Below are positions 12,281 to 25,452 of a stretch of 64,000 nt of DNA, one piece after another (position 1 is the first letter of the stretch; every line of letters begins with the position of its first letter). The stretch spans positions 4,962,001-5,026,000 of the forward strand of contig NW_024704742.1 of NCBI RefSeq assembly GCF_018977255.1, read 5' to 3'. Made by a program: the position numbers and the translations under genes. Under the pieces are notes generated by a model, which saw only the letters and a program-made list of their open reading frames with translations, was not told the origin of the DNA and made no database searches. Source of the DNA: Callorhinchus milii (taxonomy: Eukaryota).

Positions 12281-12459
12281 CATCCAATTTAGGTACCCAA
12301 TTCCTCCCTCCCATCCTCCATCCCTCCATCCCACCCCAACCCCCCACCAATTTGCCCATCAACACTCAACTTCCAGCCACTTATCTGCTTTGCACTTTAA
12401 AGCAACAACTTTAAAGTGCAATCTTAGGGACTTATAATGCAGGAAAATGTAATGTAGTT

Positions 12460-12620
12460 AGTTTATTGATTGATTGATTGATTGATTGATTAATTGATTG
12501 ATTTATTGATGTATTTGTGCATTGATGCATTTGCGTATTTATGTGTCTGTGTGTTTCTATATTGATGTGTTTGTGTATTTATACATTTGTGTATTTATAT
12601 ATTTGTGTATTTGTGTATGT
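12460..12620. repeat. (TTGA)n grading into a TGTATT-type low-complexity repeat
   Basis: Directly visible. Confidence 0.85.
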
Positions 12621-14984
12621 ATTGCAAAGTGACTTTCATCAGAAATAACAACCCACAGATTCTAACTTCCGACGAGTCTCCAGAAGGCAAAAGCATCTTT
12701 TTTTATTAAATTTATTTTATTTTTTATTATTTATTATTCTTTTTTTTTGGGGGGGGGGGGGGGAGATGCAAAAAGAGTTTCTCTTGATTCATTTAGAACT
12801 TTTGTAAGCACTCGAAGATATTGCAGTGAGTGTTGTATGAATTGCAAGATGTCAAAGATAAACCCCCCCCAAAAAAAAAAATCTGGAAAGTTTTACCAGG
12901 GGGAATTGGATGGTGTCTGGTGAGTGAGCAGAAGAAATGGGCTGGTGAAAGAACTTCTCAATTATTGTCAATTGGCATGTAACTTACACTATAAAATAAT
13001 AAAAATCATTCTTCACTTAGCAACTCGAAATATTAATAATACCAACAAAAAAAAACTGCAAATAAAACCAAAAAATGTTTCAAAAATTCAAAAAAAACCT
13101 TTCAAAACACAAATGTTTCATCATCCTATCTATTGTGCCCTTTTCCATCTTTCCCTGCTTTTATTTTTATTGCTGGACTGTTACTCTACTATTTTTAACG
13201 TTAGGCACCCCGCGTCCCTAATTCTGGAGAGGTATTTGGCACAGGTTGGCAAGGTTTAGGGACCTCGGAGTCCGCACTGAGAAACTTCTGGAAATTCTAC
13301 ACTCTGCCCAGTTAAAACTGCATAGCTTGGCACTAAGAGCACTGCCTTGGCAAGCTTCCCACTCCGTGTCCGGCTCGGACCACTCTATCCCTTAGGGGCT
13401 TAAGGCTATTGCTCGCATGGTTAACAGAAGCCAAGCGGGAAGAATTTGTGGTCCCAGTCTACCCCTCCGAGCCCTGCTGGTGACCCAAACTGGCTGATCT
13501 GTCATCGTCAATGGCCTGGAGTATTTATTGTGAACCCGTCTGGCTTAGGAACCACCGCAGAGGGTTTGACATTCCATTGCCATGTTGTCACTTTGGAATT
13601 AGCTCAGCTCCAAAAACGACTACACTTTTTCCTCTCCTTCCAAAGGGGATAGTCACTACACTGCGCTATAATACATGCTCTTTGTGCCTCCTTGGTCCCA
13701 CCGCTATATGTTGGAGATGGGGAGATAGATTCAATTGTCCACAGATAGTTCCCGGGATCTCTCAAAACACACCACGTACTGCAGGCAGATTTATACCAGT
13801 CCAGCAACACCCATGGATACAGCCAACAAAATAACAGCATAACATTTGCTATGGTATCTATCAGCACTGAAAGGGTCAAAGCCCAGCTATGAGCATAGGG
13901 TGCTTTCCACAAACTTCTTAACTACCACAAATACCGGGCGATATATATAATACTATAATGATATAGATATTGTGTCCTTTCACTAATTCACCCTTTCTTT
14001 TGGGAATCCCATCATCTTTATTAAAATGCCCCATTCCCCATCAGGACAACACGAGCAGTAACAGGCTCTCGTTGTACGGGGAGCTGTGAGTACATACCCA
14101 CCCACAACTTAGCTCACTGGTTAGCGTACGAACATGGTGTTCAGAGAAAAGTTCATTTACATCGTGTAATTCAATGACCCACCGGCAGCTTTACGGAACG
14201 AGATTGCTGATCATCAGATATAGTATTACTGTGTAGAAAAAAAAAGTTTTACAATTGAGCGGCAGCTGTTTTTCGCTGGAAGGAGAATCTCAAACAACCC
14301 TTCCACACTTGACACCAGGTTCTTGAAAACTGCCGGCAACTGGTGAAATGTTTGACATGGTTTATGCTAAAGATAACGCTTAAAACATATAGACGCAACA
14401 GGTGGATTTCGACGTGGAATAACATGCATTTGTGACATTCTATATTTAGAAAACAAACAAACAAGAAGCCGCCTATATATCACAGATACCATCTCACAAG
14501 TCCGTCGCAGCTAAATGGTCAAAATAAACCATCATGAGCCCAAACTTTCCAATTCCTTGTTACCAAAAATATTTTCCATAATAAGATAAGAACATATTTT
14601 TAAAAAAGGGCTTTAGAAATGATATGCTTAAATATCCTTGAATATTTAAAGATAATGAATTGCATTGGTTCCAAGCAGAATACTTACAGAGGGATGATTG
14701 CATGGTACAATTAAACGACGTTCTCAGTAGTAAACGAAGGAATTTGTAATGCTGTGAGAGCCAACAACAACATTGATGCAAGCTTCTCTAGAATCTGGCC
14801 ATCGATAATAACTATCTATTAAAGTATTCTTCATTTCGTCTTCACCATATCACAAGAATGAGCCAAAAATATCACTGGGAGGCATTTTAAGCACCAGACT
14901 GCCTGTCCATGACTCTACAGCATTGTGTTGTATCAAAAACATGCTTGACATCACTAACTCTTTTCCAGGAGAAGTACTACTACT

Positions 14985-15200
14985 AATAATAATCCTTGCA
15001 TTTGATACAGTGCTTTATCACATCGTCGAGACGTCTCAAAGCACTTCACAAGATGCACTTTAAAGTGAGTTCACTGTGTATTTTGTGGGCGAAACGCGGC
15101 AGCCAATTGCGTAGAGGAGTGTCCCAAAAACAGTCATGGATTGAGTGACCAATTATTATTTTTTTGAAGGGATTAATACCCCTGGGAAGCGATCCAACAA
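14985..15200 (-). mobile_element. tRNA-SINE 3' part
   Basis: Family tail and body. Confidence 0.8.
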
Positions 15201-17506
15201 TTAAGTACTGTAAGTACCTAATTAAATTAAATTTCAATTAAAGCAATGTAAGTACAATGCCAATGTTCATTTGGGGGTTACTTGTTGGCAAACTCCAGTG
15301 TAAATTTTCACTGGAAAAAGTGTCTTGGGATGTAAAGGGTGTCTTCTACATCACACCATCTCACAGGAACTTAGCTCCGACCCAAGATCTTGTTGGAGAT
15401 CTTCAGAGGATCAGTTGAAGAAGTCTCTACAGCCCATTTGATCTCATCCTTGCAGAATACCCGCCCTATCTGATGGACTCTGTCAGCCGGCTAGCTCTAT
15501 CCGTAGGCGTAATTTCTGCTTCGGTAGAGCAAAGCACAGCTCTCCTGATCACCAGAAAAGCACTCAACACAGTACCACTAACATTTCACACATAAGTGAC
15601 TTACTTATTGTGAAGGTTTAAGAGTCGATTCAAGCAGCTTTCCAGGTGCTTTCAAATGCTTTCAATTATTTTAAGAAAGGCAAGAGGTTTAGTTAACAAA
15701 AATGCACAAATTAAAGTGTAGAATTTTGTTTAGAAATAATGTAAAATCAAATATGAAGTAGTAACACTAAGAGTGGGAAAGTAAGAGTAAAAAAATGGAA
15801 AAACATTTTAAAATTTTATTTTAAACATTGCTGTGTGTATATTTCAATAGTGTAATATCAGTACATTTGGGTAACATTATCATTATAAGATTCGGGAAGA
15901 CTTCAACATCAGGGGGATTAATGTGTTAAAAAATAACACTGGCTTAGGAATGCAGAACTCCTTGGGACTCCTGCCAGTACCCTAAGGGTTAAGAAACTTC
16001 AGCCACTCTGTAAAACAGTTATATATAGAACTGGCAGTGAATCTATATTTGTAACTGAGCAGAGATTCTGATACAAAAAAATCATGAGAGCAAAGCTCAA
16101 GCAGGTTATGAATCCAATCAGACTGAACTGCAGCCTTTACCTCATCAGTAGTTTTTAGTACATAAAATACTGAATCCAAACCATATTGTATAACGAACCA
16201 TAGATCTGAGGTGGTGTTATCCATCTGCATGAAGTTCTGTTTGAGTAGCATAAAGACTGGCAGGTCATTTGTTGTGTAATTATGAACTAGATTTTGAGGA
16301 CAGGACAGTCCTGTATTTTGTGGTGTTGTATTTCTTAACAGATTTCTCAATAAAATATGTGCAATTATTGAATTGCTAAACCATTGCTTTGCTTAAGGAT
16401 CCATTAGGGCAATACCTTGAGTCATTTAAAGCGGTGGTGTGAGTCAGAGCAGGGAGGCTGGAGGGTTAGGGGGACGAGAAGGGAGATGACCTTAGATGTG
16501 GTTGAAGTGGTAGGTTTTCAGCACAATTTTAAACCAATTGAAGGGGACAAGGTGGCCAGATTTAAGGAGGGCGTTCCATAGTGGCTGAAGGCTCGACTTT
16601 CTGATGGTGGGGCAGAGAATTCAACAAACACACCCCTAGGTTTGTTGAGCAGAGGGGGAGCGCAGCAGACTGAAAGGCGAAAGAAAGGATTTTCTTTAGG
16701 CGAGAGTGAGTTGTTAGTTAGAAGGCAAGAAGGACATTGGAGAAGTTAAGTTTGGAGATATTCAAGGTGTGGATAAGGGTTTGGGCTGCCAACAAGAAAT
16801 GCCGCAATTCGACTCTCATTAAGAGGAAAAGAAAAATCGGTGAAGATGCTTAGATTTTTTAAAAAAAACACTGCATCACATCATTTGTTTTATTAACATG
16901 AATTTATAATAGTACAGCAGCACATAATATAAATGGTTTCACTCCCTTTCCACTGAGTCTTTGTTGATTAATGTCGCTGTTGCAGTACTTCCAAACAGAT
17001 GGTAATGCTCGACGAAGTGGGCTGCTGCCAGACAAGCGAAATCGAATTGAAATATATACCATTACTCACCATGGTACACTTATTTGGCTTTGCAGCTTCC
17101 TCCAAAACAGAGCACTATTCTGCAATATGTTGCCACCCTGCCTGACCGTTGAGTTCCACGTTAGAAACGAAACTAGAGCTGCTCCAGGTTTAGAAGGAAG
17201 TAATATGCTTCTGGGGCAGGTGCCGATGGTGGGACAAGGGATGATCTTAGAGAGCTTAGAGAGGGAATTGAATTCAAGTTGAGGATCTTGAAGTAGGTCC
17301 ACAGGGGGATTAGGGAGCTGGACTGCTGACGCGAATGGGGCATACAGGGCCTAATATGGGAGAAAATGGGCCACCCTACACAATGTTGTTTAGGGAGCAA
17401 CAACGTGTTGGAAAGAGGTGGACATGCTGAGTTTATGTTGCAAGTTGAACGGAAAAATCTGCTGAACCACTTTGTGCACGGAAGTTCTGGGCATTTGTAC
17501 CGGTTG

Positions 17507-17698
17507 TGATAATAATACGCCTTGCGTTTGATACAGCGCCTTATCACGTCTTCGAGACGTCGCAAAGCGCTTCACAGAATATACTGTAAAGCGAATCGGA
17601 TTGTATATTTTGTGGGTAAAACGCGGCAGCCAATTGTGCACAAACAGACGTGGGATTGATTGACTAATTTTTTTTTTTGAAGGGGTTATTACCCCCAG
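17507..17698 (-). mobile_element. tRNA-SINE 3' part
   Basis: Family tail and body. Confidence 0.8.
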
Positions 17699-18884
17699 GG
17701 CTTGTGGGCTACATCCATCCCCAGGGCCAGCAGTTGGACTACCTGTACTGTAAAGCACTGAGGGAAAGGAAGCTCAAAATCCACATTTATCACAATAAAA
17801 ACCTAGCTATTTAATATTCCTGTCTAGAATTACTGAACATGTTTTTAATAAATGCAACTCAGGTCATATATTCATCATATATTGAAATAGGCTAACATAT
17901 TAAGTGATGAATACTTTAGAGGTGGTTGAGAATAACGTTCAATTCCTGATGAGATTAAAACATTTGTGTGGTATTAATTTCCTACAAGCAGGAGGATGTC
18001 ACTATTATAATTCATGTTAAAATGCACGTTACTATTATTTATACGATATACTCTGTAAGTTGGCAATGTCCCATTTTTTTTTTTAAGTTCGGTAATTTTT
18101 TGTCCCTAAAATAGAAACCTTCTAGATGGGAACACTGCGTGACTATCCTGAGAAATAAGTCTTTGAAACGGAAAAGTAACTTACCCGGCAAGTCTCACTT
18201 AACAACTGACAAAACAAACTCTTGCTCAGCTGAGATGTGCAAGATGTTGCCTACCTTTCACCGAAGGACTGATGGACGGATGACAAATGCTCATCACTGC
18301 TGAGCTCTGAAAGTGGGATTACCAGCCAGAGTAGCATTTCCATCATCTTCATTCTAGTATCCCAATATGTCTCACTAGGGTGGATATCTGAGCCGTAAAT
18401 TGTGATAACCTCTCACAGTTGAATCCTTTGCTGGAACTCAACCCTTCTGGCTGGTGGATGAGCCACAGATACTTGGACGAGGTACAGGGGATAAAATATA
18501 GGAAAGCTGTATGTGCCCATGGAATCGAACCCGAAACGTTTCATTGCCTCCAGAAGAGGGAAACAAACCCAAGAGGTAATGGGGTTGGAGGGTAGGGTAA
18601 GAGGTTCACACTCAATGTACAAAATCAGTGCCTTGGGACGTCCTCCCGACATGAAAGGTGCTATGCATACGTGATTTTGTATTGTACCTTATCTACTTAT
18701 AAACTGACTTAATCATATTTCTTAGATGTTTGAGTTACTAGTTGAATTAGAGGTTTGCAGGACAGGAGGGGTTTTTTTCAGACAATTTGAGGTTGCAGGG
18801 CGCAGCTATCAACTCTGATCTCATTCTCCTGAACTTTTCCCTTTATTCCTTTTATATTATTTTTCTTCATGCATTCCCAGGCAA

Positions 18885-19130
18885 AGCAAAACCCTAAGCA
18901 AGTTTCCTTACTCCACACATCTGTTTACCTAGCAGTAAGTAGAAAACCTGGTTGTGGTCAATTGACGGATCGCTTTCCGGGAATAATAACCTTTCCAAAA
19001 AAAGAGTTTACTCAATCCACAACTGTATGTCGGACACTGCTGTGCACAATTGGCTGCCGCGTTTCGCCCATAAGATATACAGTCAATTCACATTACAGTA
19101 CATTCTGTGAAGCACTTTGATACGTCTCAA
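18885..19130 (+). mobile_element. tRNA-SINE body
   Basis: Uninterrupted ...TTTACCTAGCAGTAAGTAG... body. Confidence 0.8.
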
Positions 19131-20109
19131 TTACCTGATATATCAAATGAAAGTATTATGTTATCCAATTCCCTTTTAAATATTATTACAAATTCATCTT
19201 TGAGTTTAGATATGGATTTGTATTCACAGTTTATATTTTGGTGGATCTTTAAACAAACTTCCACTACTTTAATCCTAACCTTTTCTGAGACATTTCTCTT
19301 TCAAACTTGGATCACTGAATTTTACATGAATATGCTGTTGGTGTAAACGGATAACCTCGTGGGATGGTAGATCACACTTTGCAATGTTACCTCATATGCA
19401 TTTTCAACATGGACAGCTCAAGTAGCCATCCAATCTATTAGTAGTCATTAACCCAGATAGATATTTCAGCTCAAGCTGCCCTCTGTGTTTTGTACTCGAC
19501 AGCAAACTCTCTTGGTATGAAATTATCCAATTCTCAATCTGGGAAAAAAAAACGTACATGGAGAAATGGTAAAATTAGTGAAATAAGTCATTCGGGAGCC
19601 TAGAGACCTTGTCCATTTGGATGGACAGGTGGTTATTTCTTGCTTGCAGTCTCAAACCTATTTGTTAGTCTTTCCAAACTTGGGAGGAAGCTAATGGTAT
19701 CAAGTTCTGATCGAGCTTCGTTGGATCTCTGTGAAACTTAGAATTGTATCTTAAAATTGGCTTAAAATGGCATCAACAACAAATTGCATTTGTCTGGCGC
19801 CTTTCACGTCAGGAGAACATCCCAAGATGCTGGTCATCCGTCTTCTTGCGTGTGGGGAGGGTAGCGGGGGGGGGGGGCGCGGAGGAAGGGATGGAAGAGA
19901 CCTGTGATCCATGGATTTTTTAAAGGATTTCTTTTTAATAGCTGGAAATATATGACCCACTGGCTGATCTTTGAAAAATGATCAGTTATCTGTGCTGTAC
20001 TGCTTGGTAGGTTCTGATAATTACATCATAGTTGGCTTCAGGGGGATCATCATGCATAAAACACGCAGACACCGTTGCACATTTCTCTTGGATTAGACGC
20101 TGTTGTGGG

Positions 20110-20450
20110 TCAGCCTGGCTCAGTCTGTACCACTCTCACCTCTGAATCAGAAGGTCGGGTCATGGAACTCGTATAGTTTTAAGCTGACACTGCAATGCAG
20201 TGCTGGGGATGCGCTGAATTATTGGAGGCGTCATCCTTCTGATGAAATGTTAAACCTCGGTCCCTATTGCCTGCTCAGGCGGACGTTAAAAGATCCAATG
20301 GCACTATTCGAAAAGTTTCTCCTGGTGCTCAGGCCAACAATCCCCCAAAATAAAATGTTGTTCACTTCATGGCTGTTTGTGGGAAGTTGTGTGGACACTG
20401 GCTGCCACATTTGCCCACCAAACAGTCACTCCTTTACAGTATATCTTTGA
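20110..20450 (+). mobile_element. Deu-domain-type SINE
   Basis: GATGAAATGTTAAACCTCGGTCCC...GGACGTTAAAAGATCCAATGGCACTATTCGAA core. Confidence 0.6.
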
Positions 20451-20587
20451 AGTGAAAAACATAATGTCTTATCCTTTAAAATCTTAAAGTTTGAAAGCTG
20501 GAAGTTTGGAAGAGTCCTTGAATTGCATCTCTTGTTCAGCCTTGCAATAAATACTATACAAAAGAACTAAATTGATGATTTAATTAG

Positions 20588-20593
20588 TTTATT
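20588..20593 (-). terminator. TDRD7: Candidate TDRD7 polyadenylation signal AATAAA
   Basis: TTTATT on the plus strand, about 315 nt downstream of the stop codon. Confidence 0.5.
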
Positions 20594-20907
20594 ACTCCTA
20601 CATAACCCTTCAGTTTTAGTGTGTGGCCAATGTTCTGCAAGTCGCAAACCAATAGCAAATTTTCAATAAACACATTTCACCAGTAATCCAAACATTGGTA
20701 AATGAACAAACAAAAAATCATTCTGTTAAGTACTTTTTACAGAAACAAAGCACAAAGCTTCCAACTCTATACCCTCGCTAAAATACCATTGTCAAATTGT
20801 CTCACAACCTTGTAAACAGCAAACTAGATTATATTGTGCTCTCAAATCAGTTATTGTAAATGGTCAGAAACTCAAGTTTAATTTGAAGATGTCGAGATGA
20901 ACCTTGA

Positions 20908-21128
20908 TTACGCAACTTTTGACAGTTCTACTAGATACTCTGTCAATAGATCATGTATCCACACGTCTGTATCTGGAAGGGATGTATCCACCAAGTACGT
21001 CACTACTTTTCGATCCCAGGAGTACATGCTCTCGTGAACTGCCTGTATTTGGGCCACTAGAGGTTTTCTCTCAACATGGTTACGGAAAACTATTGAAGTT
21101 TCCTCCGACCACTGCTCACATTTCACTC
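20908..21128 (-). CDS. TDRD7: TDRD7 last coding exon (16)
   Basis: (G)[72 protein letters not shown] then stop TAA at 20908-20910. Confidence 0.96.
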
Positions 21129-21785
21129 CTGTAAGATAAACATTCACTCTTATTATGAATTCATGTTTGACATATCCCAGAAGAAGCTATTTGGGTTGTC
21201 AGAAATGTACACGTAGATGAATGCAAACTGGATGCACGCGGTAACAATACTGCAATAATGTGTTTCTCTTGTAGACATCATTCTTTTCAAATTATAGTTA
21301 ATTAGAAGTAATTGTTAATGTTATGCTTCCTCCCTTTGGTTCACTTTTTAACTTGCTCTTTTCCCCAAAATCAATACTTCATGTCCAATGATCCCAAGTG
21401 ATTTACAGTGATAACAACTTGTGGCAAGTTTAGTGCGCTTGAACTTTGTAAGAAAGTGCTTGAATAGCTGAGAAGAAAATAGAAATCAACACCTAAATAT
21501 CAAAGTGTGGCGGGGGGGGGGGGGGGGAGAAAAAAAATCAAGGAAATATCTGATAATTACTGAATGCTTATGAAATGCTGAATTTTCAAACCTATCATAT
21601 AAATGATATTATGCCACGAATTCCTTATAGTCCAGCATTAAAAACATTAAAGCAATTTTTGTATGGAGTTTAATATTCCCCTCCGGCCCCCAAAAATCAA
21701 GGAAACATCTGATAATTACTGAATGCTGATGAAATGTTGGATTTTCAAATCCATCATATAAATTGATTATCTTGTGTATCCTTAG

Positions 21786-22252
21786 CCCCATCTCCCCCAC
21801 TCTCGCCCGACTCCACTGGCTCCCTATCCTTCAGAGGATCCAGTTCAAGATCCAGGTCCTCACCTACAAAGCCCTCCATGGCCTCGCCCCACCCTACCTC
21901 CACGATCTCCTGACCCCCTACCAACCCGCCCGTTCCCTCCGCTCAGCCGGCTCTGGCTGCTCCACGTCCCCCAACCCACCCGCCCCACCATTGGTGGGAG
22001 AACCTTCAGCCACTCTGCCCCCAACCTCTGGAACTCCATCCCCCAATCACTCTGCCTCGCCCCCTCCTTAGCCTCCTTCAAGTACTGCCTCAAAACCCTC
22101 CTCTTCGACCATGCCATTGGTCACCCCCTTCCCCTCCGCTCCCTTCTCCCCCCTGACCCCAGCTCGGGTCTGAAATGCTGTACTCTGTCCAGCGCCTTGG
22201 GACGTCCTCCCGACGTGAAAGGCGCTATACAAATGTAATCTTGTTATTGTTG
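21786..22252 (+). mobile_element. L2 LINE 3' fragment
   Basis: PISPTLARLHWLPILQRIQFKIQVLTYKALHGLAPPYLHDLL; intact 3' end GGGACGTCCTCCCGACGTGAAAGGCGCTATAC. Confidence 0.9.
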
Positions 22253-22296
22253 AGAACTACCAATGAGTATGAATTAGCGACACTGGGCTAACTCAC

Positions 22297-22457
22297 CTGC
22301 TAGCTGTGCTGTGACAGCCTGGAAAGGCAACTGCCGGAATTGCTGCACCAGAGTCTGCACTTTCCGACAGCTCACCAACTCGTGTCGACCGTAGTCCAGT
22401 TGGTACACGGACACCAAACCGTTTGTAAGAATCCCTTTCACCAACACTCGATACCAC
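22297..22457 (-). CDS. TDRD7: TDRD7 coding exon 15 (Tudor 3)
   Basis: [53 protein letters not shown](G); Tudor WYR and DYG motifs; 161 nt. Confidence 0.96.
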
Positions 22458-23984
22458 CTAGAGTTACAGAGAAAAAGATCTTTCTGTGACCAACAGCATA
22501 CTTACAAAACACAAACCAAAATTTACGACCACAGATTTTTTTTTAAAAACATCTAAAAAAAAATCGCACAAAGTAGCCCTATCGTTACCGCTTTGTGATT
22601 TGAAATTAACAATCAAAAGATAAGTAGCCATTTAAAAAGAATTACAAGCAATTTAAATTTACCAGAAGTAGTACATCGACTTGCTTCAATTGGCATTTAA
22701 CAAAAGTCTTAATATTCCTAGCACCGCCTGCTGGATGAGAACAATAATTGCTTAGAAAGGTGCAGTCTATTAAATGCTCGTAAGCTCTCTGAGACCTGTT
22801 GTTTGTTTGTGGGTCTTCATACGAGTCAATAGTTATATGCACAACCAACATTTTGAACGTTTTGGGTTGTGCAGTGAGCAATACAGACCTGGTCAGCAAA
22901 ACAATTTTTTTTTAAAACTAACAGAATTTAAAAAATATATTATAGCTCTGTTATAAAATTAACCAAAATATTACAGTTAATTTTCACTGAGATGGATTTC
23001 AATAACTAATATTTTAAGCACTAAATTAAAAAGATATATAATCCCAAGACAGATGTTATGTCACAAATTGCAATAGGTCCAGCATTAAAAACATTAAAGC
23101 AATTGCAGTATGGAGTTTAATATTCCCAATAATGGTTTAGAAACCCACTGAATTGTATAGGTATAAACATATAGTTTAGTAATATAGATTAAAATTGAAA
23201 TTCTACATACACAGGAAGAAACAGAGGTACTGGTCTGATAACACAACAGTAACAGCACTGATCAGGTCTGTGTTGCTGAAGGTAGTAAAAAGGTTCCACA
23301 ATGCCATAACTCATGCTATCACTATTACTAATAATAATGATCTAAAAGCTGATGTCCAATATATCTATATACCAAGGAAGGAAGGAAAGAAGCCGACAAC
23401 CCGGGAATTTGTGAAGTCTGAATGTTATGAAAGCATGTATGAGGGTCTCGGCGACCTGCGGTGTGAGACAGTGGCGGAGATGGGCGATGTTGCGGAGGTG
23501 GGGGAAGGCAGAGCGGGTCATGGCACGGATGTGGGGTACAAAGGATAGTTGAGGGTCAAACAAGACGCCAAGGTTCCCGACTGGCTCAGTGAGGTGGAGG
23601 GTGCATCCGTGGATGGTGATGCTGTCAGCGCCTGAGGTGTGGAGGCGTTGACAGGAGCCAATCCAGAGAGCCTAAGGAAAGCCATACTCCAAGATTTATT
23701 TTGGGGTAGAATGAAATAGACGTTCCTGCTCACAGGCCGAGAGCAGATACAGTATTGCTCGAGAAGCTCAGAGGAGGACTGCAAAACTGCTGCCATTGTT
23801 AACAAGTCACCAAACAGAGCTGTAAACACAAACCATTCAGCTGCCTAATGGAAAGGGACAACCCATTTTGCAAGCGTGTAATAGGACTGAATCTACAGCT
23901 ATATGAAGAACAGGAGTGAGTAATCTACGGAATTTCCTTTGATGGCTCCTACTAAAACCACACCACCCTGTCTGCTACCGCCAT

Positions 23985-24260
23985 TCAGCCGGCACTGGCC
24001 TGCTCCATGTCCCCCACTCTTCCTGCTCCAACCTCGGTGTCAGCGTTTAGCCTTTCTGCCCCCGCCCTCTGGAATCCATCCTGGAATCCCTTTGCCTCGC
24101 CCACCTTTCTTGTCTCCTTCAAAGCCCATCCATGCTTTCGATCATCCTCCCACCTCCCTTGTCCTCCACCCCTTTTGATTCCAACCCCAAACCCTTGATT
24201 GTCCTGAACCTGGGACATCCTCCCGACGTGAAGGGCACTATTTAATGCAATTTGTTATTG
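23985..24260 (+). mobile_element. L2 LINE 3' fragment
   Basis: AFSLSAPALWN motif; family 3' end. Confidence 0.75.
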
Positions 24261-24471
24261 ATCTACCAGAAAAAAAAGCAAGCCAGAGGATACAGAAGTG
24301 TATAATCCAATTGATGTGAATAGTGTTCACAGGCACAGATGTGCACATGTTAGTTCTGTTGCTATCAGACGCCTGATCAGCTATTACAGCTGTTGTACAA
24401 TAGTTCCACCAAATAAGCTCCAGACTTTGTTTTCATTGCCTAGTATTCTACCCTTCATCTCAGCTGGTACA

Positions 24472-24720
24472 TATTACATAGAATATACAGCACAGAAACA
24501 GGCCATCCTGCCCAACTGGTCTATGCCGGTGTTTATGCTCCACATAAGCCTCCTGCCCTTTCTCAGCTAAGCCTTCAAACATAATCTTCTACTCCTTTCT
24601 CCGTCGTGTACTTATCTAGCTTCCCCTTAAATGCATCTATGCTATTCACCTCAGCTACTGCTTGTGGTAGCAAATTCCACGTTCCGCAAACTCTCTGAGT
24701 AAAGAAGATTCTTTAGCTTC
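24472..24720 (-). mobile_element. CR1 LINE 3' fragment
   Basis: ACAGCACAGAAACAGGCCAT... CR1-type 3' end in reverse. Confidence 0.65.
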
Positions 24721-24964
24721 CCCATCTGATTTATTGCCTGACTTCCCTATTTGATTTATTGTTTATTTGATTTCAATATTATTTGACACAGGGATCCAGA
24801 AACTCAAGACTTGCTTAGAATGGTGTCCTATTGGGTCTCGCTAAAACATGCATCTGAAAGCCATCAAGACGCCATTCATAAATTTTGCATTATATGTCCT
24901 TAAACCTTCTAAAAGATTCATAATAATGTGTTTTAATTCTAAAACTTGAACTCAAAATGCTTAC

Positions 24965-25452
24965 TTATTATCGAGCTGGGCCGCAAATATCTTGTTCTTC
25001 TCTATGGGCACAGATTGCCAATCTGTACGATTGTAATAGAGGATCATTTCTTCCATTAGCACCTCCAGTTTGTACAGCTCCTGCCAAGGCTGGAAGACAA
25101 AGTGCCCTGGATGACAAGCGACTGAAATGAAGACGTCCAAGTGTTCGCCAGGCTGCGGTAAAACTAGTCGGGTTGGAAGCTCACTGTGCACAAATAGTGG
25201 TACAACAGGTTTGATTGGAGCAAAGCCGTGGTCCTTACTTGGGCTTTTTATTTCAAACTCCGAGGTGATGTTGGCATCACCTTTGTTGCTGGGAGAGCTA
25301 TGGGTACCACTGCTCAGGTAAACATCTTTCTGGTGTTTCCACAAGTCCGCGTTGGTTATCTTATGATTGATGCTCCGCTCCGGATTGGGGAAATTTTTCG
25401 ACGTAAACAAATAAATATGGACTAGTCCCTTGGAATCATCAACTTTTACAAT
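24965..25452 (-). CDS. TDRD7: TDRD7 coding exon 14
   Basis: IVKVDDSKGLVHIYLFTSKNFPNPERSINHKITNADLWKHQKDVYL...DVFISVACHPGHFVFQPWQELYKLEVLMEEMILYY...; 488 nt, phase 0 to 2. Confidence 0.96.

Noticed and set aside
11186..12437. HS/TL-, ER- and SL-rich ORFs
   Set aside because: Translations of microsatellites
15982..16350. 122-aa minus-strand ORF
   Set aside because: No recognisable homology, non-ATG start and no clear splice context; consistent with chance
16971..17565. Overlapping ORFs of 78-130 aa
   Set aside because: Built partly from a degraded L2 (about 17210-17370) and a SINE tail; no coherent protein
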